A stretch of 63,690 nucleotides of DNA, filler included, from Folioceros fuciformis (taxonomy: Eukaryota), in assembly GCA_049999805.1 (NCBI GenBank). It is 13 parts of 13 records of this genome, joined end to end, with 100 filler letters (N's around TTAATTAATTAA, not from the genome) between each part and the next. Parts side by side here need not be neighbours in the genome. Positions count along the whole stretch, not along the records: positions 30,104 to 38,944 come from JBNGIO010004911.1; positions 39,045 to 40,447 come from JBNGIO010004913.1; positions 40,548 to 43,228 come from JBNGIO010004914.1; positions 43,329 to 45,309 come from JBNGIO010004915.1; positions 45,410 to 47,506 come from JBNGIO010004916.1; positions 47,607 to 59,481 come from JBNGIO010004917.1; 7 more parts are not named here. One strand, given 5' to 3'. A program made the position numbers and the translations under genes. This document shows positions 36,338 to 48,320 of this stretch, piece after piece. Below the pieces are notes generated by a model, which was not told the DNA's origin, ran no database searches, and saw only the letters and a program-made list of their open reading frames with translations. Position 1 is the first letter of the stretch; every line of letters starts with the position of its first letter.

Positions 36338-38580
36338 TGGTATTAGAGCAGAATGATTTCTGGTGCTAATGGCTTGAATCAAACTCTACCACTATCTTGG
36401 TGGAGAATGGTCAAGACAAGATTCAATTGAGCACTTGTGGCTAGAAGCCACCATTGTCAAAATGGCCATACCAGTTTGCCAACCACATGAAGTTGTCGAT
36501 GGCTTCTAGCCATGGTAACTATGACAACTTATACTGCGAGAGAACTTGTACAAATTCTTGGGAGATGAACCGATAACCCCGAGGACAAACAAAGTGAATT
36601 ACGTTTGCATGTTTGGAGGTCTCTCCAATCTAGATTATCAAGAATAGAGAGCAGGATATGGACCTTGATGCTGATTGTGGACCACATCATCCAACCTACT
36701 CTTGCACATACAATACACAAGCACAGACGTAACCGTTCAAGTGGTTGCCAAGAAAATTCCATACCAAGCTGTCTTAAGCAACATAGCAAGATGGGGAAAG
36801 TCATTCACAACTATAATGTGGACATAAAGGATAGGAATAGATTTAACGGATCTGATTATGACACATCGGTAGTTAGGATGGTTTCCATTCAAGATGAGGC
36901 AGACCTGATGAGAATCATAAATGGAACATTACCCAAGGTTGTACTCAGCCCTACAGCTACTAATCAAGCAGATTTAGACAAATGGAAGAAACTTGACAAG
37001 AAGGCAAGAAAACTCACCTTAGCCAGATTGAAGAGATCCATGCTCCACCAGGTGGATGGAACAACAATTGCTACCCAAGCCTGGACACTGCTTGCCAACT
37101 TGTACCAATCCAAAGACCTTGGAACGATGGTGGTTGTTGTTAGAAACATGTTCTCCTTAAGGATCAAAGAATACGACACAATCCAAAGCCACATCTCTGC
37201 TTTCAAATTTTGCGAGATCTAAATTAGCAAGCTCAGGTTGGAAAATCGATGAAGTGAAGGCAATTGCGGTATTTCTAAATACCTTACCTTCTAAGTATCA
37301 TGACTTCATCACATCACAGAATCCTAGGATTCGTGATGCACAAAAACAATTAAAACTGGGAACATCAACATCTGTGAGCCAAGCTAAGGGGGTCCTTATA
37401 GACCTAGACTCTTGGCCTTAGTACATGATAGCACAACACGAGGTGGAGCAGGCACCTTGAGATCCAACTAGATCTTATTTGTTGGACATGGTCGAGGGCG
37501 AGGCCGTCCTTACCATCCTTAGCTATGAGACAGATCTCAAAGCCATACACCACAAACACCACAATAACAACCAGCGAAAAGCTGGAAATTGTAATTGGTG
37601 CGGCATTCCCGGCCATTGGGAAAGCGAATGTAGAAAGAAAGCTTCTAGCATTCCATAATCTAGAGGGCACTTACCCTCTACCAACGTCGGATCATCCTCT
37701 GGTGCAAAACGGGGACCAGTGTCCTCATCATCATGTATTATGGCCGTCTGTCTTACACAAAATCCAGTCAATCACCTTTGATGGTATGTGGACTCCTGTG
37801 CCTCTATGCACATTTATCACAATCAGAAGTTCTTCAGTACTCACAATGAGGTACCCACTGACACCTTTGTATTGCTTGGTGATGATTTGGGACTGAAAGT
37901 TGCTGGAAAAGGTTCAGTGCCACTTACCTTAAGTGACCAGTCTGGAGTTATTGTATTGAATGTGGCCTACACCCCACAACACAATGGAGTTGCCGAGAGA
38001 CTCAACTAGATGCTTCAATGTATAGTAAGGGCCATGCTATGACATGCAAGTCTAAATGTCAGGTATTGGGCTGAAGCCATAGCCTTTGCCACATATCTAG
38101 AAAATAAGCTTCCCTCCCTCTCCATCAATGGCAGAACTCATGAGCTTTGGACAAGCTGTAAGCTATCACTTAAGCACTTGAGGATTTTTGGCTCTATAGC
38201 CTATGACTTCATACTTGCAGTTAAGAGGAAGAAATTTGAGGGTCAGTCTGAGAAACCAATTTTTCTCGGCTATGGTGAATGCCTAAAGGCTTACAAACTT
38301 TACAATCCAGTCTCTAGCTCTCTAACACATCCACGCAGCGTTACCTTCTTGGAGGATCCCTTAATACTTGGTGTGCTTATACTAAAAGAGCCTTAGACAT
38401 TGATCCTCCTATTGAAGATATTGCAAATATGGTTGACCCTAATCTCTTGGATATCTCATATCATCTTTCCATTGATACACCTAATCCCCCACGAGTGCCC
38501 AACCCACCACCAATGCTTACTTGGCCACCAACCCCTGCTGTTGGTGGGCCTCCTCAGCCAACTTTGATGTTTGAGAACTT
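36338..38580 (+). mobile_element. Highly degenerate copia (PBS TGGTATTAGAGC 36338, gag, zinc knuckle, PR, partial integrase)
   Basis: NRFNGSDYD...WKKLDKKAR; CNWCGIPGHWESEC; YVDSCASMH; AYTPQHNGVAER. Confidence 0.85.
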
Positions 38581-38582
38581 TG

Positions 38583-38944
38583 TGTAGGGTTATTAAGCCC
38601 AATGTGCTTAGAATAATGTGTTTAGTATAAGATTAGTGTCTAGTTAAGTATCAATTGTTTAGATTAGCTCAAGCTAATATATAGGAAGCTTCTTGCGCAA
38701 CTTCTTGTGTGCTTCTTGTGAAGCTTCCTTGGGAGCTCTTCTAGAGGGTATAAATACCCCCTCGAGCTCCCTTACAATTGAGACTATGTGAGAGTGAGAC
38801 CTGTCTTTCTCCTCTCCTCCTTGCATCCTCCTCTCCTCCTTCACCATGTGGCTCATCTAGCAATCCTTCAACTGGTATCAGAGCCTGGATTGTGGAGCAA
38901 TAAGGCGTGTGGTATGCAGCAAGAGTGGGTTGCGAAGCTCGGCC
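38583..38944 (+). mobile_element. Copia 5' LTR (38583-38870) with tRNA-Met PBS (38873-38885)
   Basis: TGTAGG...CCTTCA followed by TGGTATCAGAGCC; homologous to 11695-11962. Confidence 0.88.
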
Positions 38945-39119
38945 NNNNNNNNNNNNNNNNNNNNNNNNNNNNNNNNNNNNNNNNNNNNTTAATTAATTAA
39001 NNNNNNNNNNNNNNNNNNNNNNNNNNNNNNNNNNNNNNNNNNNNAACTCGGCTAGTTAGTTGACCAAGTGTAGGGTTACCCCTTCGTCAGGCAGTAGACC
39101 CAGACAGCAGGAAGTCCGT

Positions 39120-39960
39120 CGTTCCATGTCTTTGTACTAGCTGGTGGACCAATCTCTTGGTCATGCAAGAAAAATGCAAACATTTGTCTATCAAGTACCA
39201 AAGCAGAATACAAGACATTGACAGTGGCTGCCAAGGAAGCCATCTGGGATCGAAGGTGCTTGGACAACATTGGGCAAACTCAGGCTGAACCAATAGAACT
39301 ATATTGTGATAACCAAGGGGCGATTGCCCTTGCCAACAACCCGGTTTTTCATTCCCGAACGAAGCATATAGAGGTTCATCATCACTTTGTGAGAGATGTG
39401 GTCATAAGGGGCGAGGTGAGATTAATCTACATCAGCACTTCAGAGAATCCGGCGGACATTTTAACCACGGCACCGTCAACGGAGCAGCATTTTAAACATT
39501 GCAGGCGCCTTGGACTTGTACCTGGAGGAGGATGATCAAGAGCTAGTTGTTGGGCGCAGTCTAGGTTTGCAGATTGAGCAATAGTGCAGACAATGTGTCA
39601 GAACATACCTGGTCATTGCATGCTCTTGGTTTGCAGGTTTGGAGCTGTGCCAAGCAACGGGAGTGAGAGAACACAAAACACACATCCCGACCAGATCACG
39701 GCAATACTCGTTGAGTGGGGGTGTTAGAAGTGTTTAGATTAGCAACTCGTATTAATTAGGACTTATTAAGGAGGCGGTTAATAACCGTTTCATCAAACTT
39801 CATAAGCGCCAAGTCGTGCGAACTCCAATAACCGTTTTTATTGTTCTTGCCTCAAGTTTCGCTCATGCACGATCGCTGCTTGCTTGCTCAAGTAAGCTAT
39901 GATCGATCCTACCTAGCAATCGCGATAATCAAGAATACGACTAGCAAGGTTCGGGAGTAG
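39120..39960 (+). mobile_element. Copia RNase H fragment, PPT (~39712-39721) and LTR from 39722
   Basis: LYCDNQGAIALANNPVFHSRTKHIEVHHHFVR; GAGTGGGGG|TGTTAG. The LTR end is not defined. Confidence 0.8.
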
Positions 39961-40350
39961 ACCCTTAAGAACAAAACGTGAGTCATAAACGAAAGGGTTT
40001 TATATGTGCAATTTGGTTAACGAAAATATCGATAACGCACTTTTGGCAAGGTTTTAACTATGATGCAACAATATATTTCTTTTAGTTGGTGTAACAGTTT
40101 TAATACTATTACGCAATAAATGTGTGGTAGAAGCACTACTAGAATCTATAGGTATGTGTAACTCTTTTTTGTAATTCTATGTAACACTTTTTAAGCATTT
40201 GTGATGCTTATGGCTCAAACCCCTCTTCTTGGGAAAGCGTTGCAATCAAAGTGTTAAAATGCTGATTTTTTAAGACTTGTACATCAATGATATATGCTTG
40301 TTATGATGGGTTCTTTTTAAAGAAGCTACACGACGTATACATGAAAAAAC

Positions 40351-40447
40351 AAATTTTTTGGAGATGACTTCTATATCTTTCTTACATATTTGCAACTTGG
40401 ACAAATTTTTTGGAGATGACTTCTATATCTTTCTTACATATTTGCAA
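40351..40447. repeat. 52-bp tandem repeat running into a gap
   Basis: AAATTTTTTGGAGATGACTTCTATATCTTTCTTACATATTTGCAA occurs twice. Confidence 0.8.
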
Positions 40448-40547
40448 NNNNNNNNNNNNNNNNNNNNNNNNNNNNNNNNNNNNNNNNNNNNTTAATTAAT
40501 TAANNNNNNNNNNNNNNNNNNNNNNNNNNNNNNNNNNNNNNNNNNNN

Positions 40548-41798
40548 AACTCCCTCTTCACTTGTATTGTGTTGTTTTTTGTAATTCTCCTTTTATTTGA
40601 GTTTAAGAGCCTGGTATAGTGCTCTTATTTTTGGGATTCTGCATCTTGCTTCAACTAACTTGTCTTAACCTCTTTTGAGCATGGCGGGGGTGACATCTCA
40701 ACAGTTAAGAGTGATTAGTGCTGAGAGTAATTAGTGATAATCCAGCTTATTGAGTTTGCTTAATTAGTGTGCTAAGAGTGATTAGCATTTAGGGTGTTTT
40801 AGGGTTGGGAGCATGTATCCCATATTGGGCTTGAAATAAGAGTGCCACCCTTAGGTCCATAAAAGGAGGAATGAACCAACCTAGTTTGTGTGGTCTAACC
40901 CCCACCCTCGTTACTTGTATTATGCTGGTGTTTTGAGAGCTTTTGAGTTCCCCAATTTATTTTGTTTCAGAGCCTTGTTTAAGCGCTCGTAATTTGAGAT
41001 TTTGCATCTTGGTTTTCTAACCTAGTTCGAACGCCATCCAAGCATGGCGGGGACTTCATCTCAACAGTTGGAACAGCAAGAAACAACCAATTATTGCGAT
41101 ATCTACAATGTAGGCTAAGTACATGGCATCTACCCAAGCCACTAAGGAAGCTATATGGTTGAGAAGGTTGTTGGAAGAATTTGGGTATGGACAAGGGGAG
41201 CCAACGATTGTTCAAAGTGATAATCAAGGAAGCATGGCATTGATCAAGAATCATGTACACCATTCAAGGACGAAGCACATCGACATTCAACATCACGTCG
41301 TGTGTGAGAGAGTGAAGTCATTGGACGTTACATTCAAGTATTGTGCATTGGGAGATGTGGCTGCAGATTTCTTAACCAAAGCTGTAAGTAAGTTCAAATT
41401 TGATAAGTGTAGAAAGATTGTGGGATTGAAGCAAACTCAAGTGTGCTGAGTGAGAGTGTGTTGAAGATGCAGCTCATTGAGTTTGATGATTTAAAAGTAA
41501 GAAGTTTATTGTGGTTGATAATTAGGGGTAAGTCATGATTAAGTTGCTAAGATAAGTGAATCTATATATACCCCATATTGTGTAGGGAACATGAGTTCTC
41601 ATATAGGCCCATGTAAGGCAAACTTAAGCTCATTAGAATTGGCTCAATTTGGACATCTTAGTGGTTGTGTTATTGGGTTTTATTTATCTTTCCTTTACAT
41701 TTTGGAGTCCCATTTAGTTGCTCTTAGTTTCCTGATTTTGAGCACTTGCTAAGTGCTAGTGTTTTCAGTTATTGAAGCATTAGTCTTCCATCTCAACA
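40548..41798 (+). mobile_element. Stacked related LTRs (ending 40703 and 41066), RNase H fragment 41123..41449 and LTR 41459-41798
   Basis: All three LTRs end CATCTCAACA; SDNQGSMAL...TKHIDIQHH. Confidence 0.8.
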
Positions 41799-41799
41799 C

Positions 41800-42440
41800 C
41801 ATACAAGTCACTTCTTATAATAACCTTGTCTTCAAAAAGATCATCACCATTACATGAAGAGTCTAGAGCATTGGGATGAGCTTGCAGCTAATCACGTGCA
41901 ACACAAGAGTATGTCTCAAATGATTCATGCTATCTTTTGCAGCTATAATTGTCATAAAAAAATCTCCTCCAAATTGCAGACTGCTATCTTAGAGTCAACA
42001 ATGATGTGTTGTCTCTTAAAGTGGCAGCAAGTGATGGCAACGTACTAAAGTTTCAGCCAATAGAAAGGATTCATGCCTGTGTTTTCTCATGTCTTTGTTT
42101 CTTGGAATAATTTCTCGCAATGTGTTCAGCTCTGCCACAATAATTTCATGTCATGCTCAATTTCTTGTATCTTGCTCCTCTAAATTGGTTCATGCCTCCC
42201 ACATATTGTTGGAACTTGAGGGCTCTTCTTATTGCTTCTTGGCCACAAAGGCAAATACCTCACTTAACTTTCCCTTCTCTTTTCTTTTGCTCTACTCATG
42301 GAGAGTCTACTTATAAGAATCGCAAAGGTCAAGTTATCAATCCTTGATTCCAAAGCCACAATTAGTTTGTTGAATGACTTGCAGAGTCTAACAGCAAGAT
42401 AAATCAAGAAGACTAGCAAGAAGCTTTATCACCATCTCAT
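41800..42440 (-). mobile_element. Degenerate copia gag C-terminus and zinc knuckle
   Basis: Minus strand reads FNKLIVALESRIDNLTF... and NYCGRAEHIARN. Confidence 0.55.
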
Positions 42441-42710
42441 CTTAGGTGACAAGAGCTCCAACTATTGAGATTGAACTCCAGACATGTTTTTGAAGAAGAT
42501 AAAATGCAATACTTAGCAAGTACTTAGAATCAAAAAAACTAAGAGCACGTGAAGGGGACTCCAAAATATAAAGAAAGAACAAATAAGCCAAAAACAACAA
42601 AAGAACCAATAAGATCAGGAACACAAACCTCAAGGAAGGATGAGGGGTAGAATTAAGAGCTCTACTTAGGAGGAAAGATGAGGGGTAGGGATAAGAGCCC
42701 TACTAAGGAC

Positions 42711-43228
42711 TGTTAAGCATGATTAATGTTGATATTAATTAGTGCTAATCCAGCTTATTGAGTTTGTACTAATTAGTGGTAAGAGTGATTAAGGTTATGA
42801 TTAATATATATATATATATATAGCTTATTAGACTTTGCTATGTTGGGCAAAAGAAGTATTGTAGGGTTTGGTTGGGGTCATTTATCCCATATTGGGCACT
42901 AAATGAGAGTGCCACCCATAGGTCCATAAAAGAAGGGATGAACCCACTTAGTAGAGGCAGTCTAACTCCCTCTTCACTTGTATTGTGTTGTTTTTGTAAT
43001 TCTCCTTTTTATTTTAGTTTAAGAGCCTTGTTATAGTGCTCTTAGTTTTGGGATTCTGCATCTTGCTTCAACTAACTTGTTTTAACCTCCTTTGAGCATG
43101 GCGGGGGTGACATCTCAACAGGTTATGGGCCCACACACCCAAGGAACCGTCACTCTACAAGTTATCTCAAAGTTTGGAGGGGACAACTTCAACTTGTGGA
43201 AGTTCAAGATGCAAATGTTGTTGGCTGA
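42711..43228 (+). mobile_element. Copia 5' LTR (42711-43120), half-tRNA-Met-type PBS (43121-43133), gag start
   Basis: TGTTAAG...CTCAACA|GGTTATGGGCCCA. The ORF from ATG 43098 reads through to KFGGDNFNLWKFKMQMLL. Confidence 0.88.
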
Positions 43229-43328
43229 NNNNNNNNNNNNNNNNNNNNNNNNNNNNNNNNNNNNNNNNNNNNTTAATTAATTAANNNNNNNNNNNNNNNN
43301 NNNNNNNNNNNNNNNNNNNNNNNNNNNN

Positions 43329-43533
43329 GGCCTGTCCTACGCCTGATCGGAGCTGGAGGGGAGCCCTCGAATCCATCATCGAGTCGATCAAGTCCGACCC
43401 TCCATCCACAGCAGCAAGGAACCCCATCGCTCCTTCGTGGGAACGAAACCCAATGTCTCAACGACAGTGAGATAAGTGTGGCCACTAAAGGTGGAACTCG
43501 TCGGTAATCAGTGCCCGGGGTTTTGCCTCCACA
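43329..43533. repeat. Repeat family terminus (probable LTR end); copies at ~45564-46095 and 62085-62633
   Basis: Three highly similar copies all end exactly at TTTTGCCTCCACA, followed by unrelated sequence. Confidence 0.9.
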
Positions 43534-45309
43534 AGACCGCTGGGGTGGAATCTGGAGCTAGTAAGGAGGGTGTATGGCCGTGACCAGCGAGAAGAGAGAG
43601 GATTGGTGCTGGAGTCCCTGAGGAAACGGGGGGGTACGTGAGACGCTGAAGGACTGCTTAAACCAGGCACGAAGAAGGAGGCTAACGGATGGTTGGTTCG
43701 CCACATGGCGAGCCCGCAGCTGATGGGTCTAGCCAGGTGGTTTCTTAGCTTTCTCCAGGTTCACAAACAGGATTATCTGTCTGACCAGATGCTCTTGTTT
43801 GTGCATGAGGTAGTGAAGGGGACCAGGATTGATTGGGGAAAAATTCTGTATGCCAGGATGGACGAGGAGAGGCAGAATTTGACCATGTCCTCTCCTCAGC
43901 CCTCGATGATTTCCCCGTTTCTAGTGCATATTTATAGTTATGCTAACTTGGTGTCGGAGCTGGAGGTGTTGGCTTTACTGCACATGTGGAGGCCAATCAG
44001 GGATGTAAAATGGAAGCCTATTGAGCCAGTGAAGGCTGACTCCAGCAGTTAGGAGTCGGGGAATGGGGACAACTCGGAGGGGAAGGTCCCTGTCAGGCCT
44101 AAGAAGAGGACAGCGGCTCAGGGGAAGACCCTTGCCAAGAGAAGATGGGTCAGCGGGCAGAGCACGAGAGGAGGGAGTAGGCCGGAGACAGCCCTGGAGC
44201 AAACCGAAGGTCAGACAGAGGAGCAGGCTATACAAGAACAGGAGGTAGAACATGAGCTCGCTAATCAGGGGGTTATGGATCAAGGACTGGAAGAGCAGGG
44301 GCAAGATGAAGCAGGGCTGGAGGGGTCTCAAGAGCAGACGTTAGGCGCCGAGTTAATTCCTCCCAAGCATGAGAGTGAATTAGGGCACGATTCGGCGCAA
44401 GGAGCTTTTTCCGGATGGGAGGAAATCTTCAAGAGCATTCCTCAGAAGGATAGGCTGCAGGTGGGAGACTTGGAGAAGCTGAGGGAGTTTCTGGGCAAGC
44501 AGATTATGGCAAGGGGGATGACGGTTGGAAAGGGGCAGGAGGTGGATCTGCCAGGGCTGACTGCCGCAATGGTACAGACCCAAGCAGATCTCCAGGACCA
44601 GGCTACTAGGGCACTGACCTGGCTGAGTGTGCAGGCAGAACGGGAAGCCGAGGCCCGAGGGAAAGAAGCAGAGGCATACCGGAAGGAGGCTGAAGCCCGG
44701 AGGCTACTGGCAGAATCGGAGATGGCGTGGCAACAGCTGGAGGAGAGACAGCAAGTCCGGGATAAAGAGAGGGCACAGGCTGAGGAAGAGGTACGCCAGG
44801 CGAAGGCCGAGGTCCAAGCGCTAAGGGAGCAACAGGGGATCCTACTAGCTCAGGTGAAGCAGGCCCATGAGACTAATCTGGAGATATAGCAGGAGATGGC
44901 CGAGGCGCAAGAGCTGGAAATAGCAGCAGTGGAAAAGGCCCAGAAGCTGGCTGACAGGTATAAGCGGGAGCGAGACGAAGCTAGAGAGAGAGTGAAGGGG
45001 AAGGGTAAGGTTGGGCGCCCAAGTCAAACGGCGACCTCGGTAGCTGAAGAGGCTACCGGTAGTCGAGCAGGGGAACCAGTAATCGAGCGGACTACCGGTA
45101 GCCGAGTAGCCGCCAGGGCTATCGGTAGCCCGGTTGAGCCCAGAGTAGCTGAGGGACCAGCCCTGGGAACCAAGGAAGAAACAGCGAAGGCGCCTGAGCT
45201 TAGGCGCTCCAGGAGATTGACCCGCACTAGAAGGACAAAGCCAGAGGAAGCAACAGCTGGATGGGTGAAGGACCTTCAGGTACCCCAGAAAGATGGGGAA
45301 CAGACAGCC
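43534..45309 (+). pseudogene. TE accessory ORF: globular 'VVKGTRIDWGKI' domain, acidic linker, coiled coil, repeats
   Basis: ORFs 43693..44052, 44275..44889 and 44896..; homologs at 46604..47177(-), 11508..11694(-) and 60383..61520(+). Confidence 0.7.
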
Positions 45310-46329
45310 NNNNNNNNNNNNNNNNNNNNNNNNNNNNNNNNNNNNNNNNNNNNTTAATTAATTAANNNNNNNNNNNNNNNNNNNNNNNNNNNNNNNNNNN
45401 NNNNNNNNNGGTAGCGTGTTGCCGGCTGTACAGTGTCTGGTAGGGTCGCAGGCAGCATGTTGCCGGTTGTATAGTGTCTGGTAGGATCACAAGGTGTAAT
45501 GACCAGGGTGAAGGGGCTTGCCCCTAGCTCTTGATTGTAAAGGATGTGTCTTTCTCTCGACCTGTCCACTCTTGTTCCTTGCTTGGACAAGTGCTGTAGG
45601 CCGGCCATGTCTCATGTCATCTGGTAAGGTCGTGGGGGGAAGATATCCAAGAGGGGAGTGTGTTCCCTTCTTTCTTTGGGGTTAGTCTAGTGACTCTTGC
45701 TGGGTAGGAGGAGTCAGTAGGGAAGTGTAGAAGGTAGTGGTGTCATTGTTAGTTGCTGGTGTTGGTGCTGGAGTGAGAGAGTGAGTGAAGTGAGTGAGGG
45801 AAGTCGCAGATCTAAGAGGTTAGGGTCGTTGTGGTGACTGGAGTGAGTTTGTGGGCACCGAGAGAGGTGCAGCTGACCGCCGGACAGCTAGGCCTGTCCT
45901 ATGCTTGATCGGAGCTGGAGGGCAGCCCTCGAATCCATCATCGAGTCGATCAAGTCCGACCCTCCATCCACAGCAGCAAGGAACCCCATCACTCCTTCGT
46001 GGGAACGAAACCCAATGTCTCAAGGACAGTGGGATAAGTGTGGCCACTAAAGGTGGAACCCGTCGGCAATCAGTGCCCGGGGTTTTGCCTCCACACCAGG
46101 CGCCTCGAGTTTGGAATGTCGGTTTTTGTTACCTTTCGAGGCGCCAACAGGCCTCTTGTACATTGCGATGGCGGGTCCGCAGCTGCCATTAAGTTTGGTC
46201 CACGGACAGGGAGGCGCTCTTAATTACGAGCGGCGTCAAGTCCACGAAAAAACATTACCTAGAGATGGCGCTCGCTAGGGAACCTCCACTTACAGCCTAG
46301 CTGTCAAAGTGCCACTCCTAAAAATCCCT

Positions 46330-47177
46330 TCCCATCCCAGGAAGGGTTCTTACACTTGAGCTGGCCCTAACTCGGCCTCCACCTCTGCCGGGGTCGTATC
46401 CTCCTCCTGCGACTTTTCGTGGGCGCCTCTTGCTCCCTTTCGGCCTGCTCCTGGACAGCCTCTAACTGGGCTGCTTCTCCCGTTCTCCTGGCGACCTAGC
46501 CAACATTCCTCCATCGCTTGGCAGGGGTCCTCCGTCCTGTCCCTACCTTCCTTTTTGTGTTGGACATGATCTCCTCCTCTGAGCTCTCTGTCCCCTCAGC
46601 CTCCTAGCTACTGGAGTCCACCTCCTTTGGCTCCACAGGCTTCCATTTTATCTCCCTGAGGGGCTTCCACATGTGCAATGAGGCGACTACTTCCACCTCA
46701 CGCAGAAGGTTAACATGGCAATAAAAATGAATACGAAATGGAGAAATCAAGGATGGTCGGGGCGAGTACGAGGCTAGGTTCTGCCTCTCTTCACTCATCT
46801 GGTCGTACACGATCCTGCCCCAATCCACCCGGCTACCCTTGACCACCTCATGCACAAATAGCAACATCTGGTAAGAGAAGTAGTCCTGCTTCCAAATCTG
46901 TAGGAAGCAGAGGAGCCACCTCGCCAGTCCCATCAGTTGGGCCGTCGCTAGATCCTTGGCCAACCACCCATTGGCTTCCCTCACGGTTCCCGTTTTAAGC
47001 AAAGCCACCGCTAGTGCTGCCGTGCTCCTCTTCTTCAGTGACTCGAGGACGAGTCCCCCTTCCTCCTCCACGCTGCGTCCATACTCCCTCCTCACTTTGT
47101 CCAAAATCCACTCCTGCGAGTTCCCTCGAATCCCTTCTTCTCTGGCCAGGCTCCTCAGTTCCTGCACCAAGCCTGGA
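46330..47177 (-). pseudogene. Second copy of the TE accessory ORF
   Basis: LMGLARWLLCFLQIWKQDYFSYQMLLFVHEVVKGSRVDWGRIVY aligns to 43693..44052. Confidence 0.8.
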
Positions 47178-47506
47178 TGTCCATAGGATCGACTCTAGTC
47201 TATGTGCAAGTGTAGGAGAGGAGAGGAGAGAAGAGAGGGTGGTATTGGTGGTCACAACCAAAAACAATACACAGCACCACTGTCTTACTATGGAGGTCCG
47301 AGGTTTCCATTTAAGTAGTACATTTAGGGCTACACAACTTCCAAGTTCAATATGGGATAATCTACACAATCCTAAGTTCATTAATAACTAGAACTAGTTT
47401 AGTATAAACCCAACCGGGATAACTAACACCACATGAGTTTAGCTTATATAGAGCTTGATAACTCAACACTCCCCCTCGAGCTCAACATAGCATCTGTATG
47501 CCTAAC
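47178..47506 (-). mobile_element. Copia 3' LTR (47178-47468) with PPT (47469-47480)
   Basis: GAGGGGGAG|TGTTGAG...GGACA on the minus strand; related to the LTR at 35388. Confidence 0.8.
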
Positions 47507-47606
47507 NNNNNNNNNNNNNNNNNNNNNNNNNNNNNNNNNNNNNNNNNNNNTTAATTAATTAANNNNNNNNNNNNNNNNNNNNNNNNNNNNNNNNNNNNNN
47601 NNNNNN

Positions 47607-48270
47607 TGCTTTCCCAGTCGAACACAAGCTTAGCTTCCTACCGAGACTCACCCAGATCCTTAAGATTGTCCTCAAAATGACTTCAACTTGCACATAACAC
47701 AACATCAATTCTACTGCACTAGTTGATTTGAGAAGGAACAGTAGCAGTGTAGAAAGTTTTGCAACCTACCTCTTTGAATTTAGGATCTCGATGTGTAATT
47801 CCTTCACTCGTGCTTCTTTCTCAGCAAACATAGTGATCTTCTGAGCAACATCCTGAAAATGGAAGAGCTACATCAGAATGATATATGCAACTCCGTGAGG
47901 AAGGCCAATAATGTCACTAGCCACAACAAAAACGTCTATGATTTTCACCTCAGCCCTATATCTCAAAGATTCAACGGCAGCGTTTGTCAGTAGGGGATAC
48001 TCCAAGATATGCTTTCCTTTATTGTCGACCTCCTGCACCATTCAATGCTGATTGGATCTCATTCCACAACTCTTCATCTTTGGGTCCAACCTACCAAATT
48101 CATCGTATGCCGTGAGGAAGTTCTGCATAACAAGCATCGAGAGTAGCACTAAAGTTCCAATGCGGGCACTCACCAGCGTGATAGCAACATCACTTTGTCC
48201 TGCTCTCCTTGTCCGACCTATGCGATGAATATACCCTGCTGTATCAGCTGGCAAATCGTAGTTGATTACC
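47607..48270 (-). pseudogene. DEAD-box RNA helicase (DBP9/DDX56/RH16-like), 3' exons only, frameshifted
   Basis: Exons [39 protein letters not shown] and DVAQKIT...EARVKELHIEILNSKR with GT-AG introns. Motif VI is altered (GRTRR); frameshifts at ~48035 and ~47678. Confidence 0.8.
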
Positions 48271-48320
48271 TACACAATCATGTAGATGGCATGCATAAGT
48301 GGAAATTCTCTTCTCCTAGC

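Noticed and set aside
43329-43533. Hammerhead ribozyme or retrozyme
   Set aside because: GAAAC is present, but no correctly placed CUGANGA core was found on either strand.
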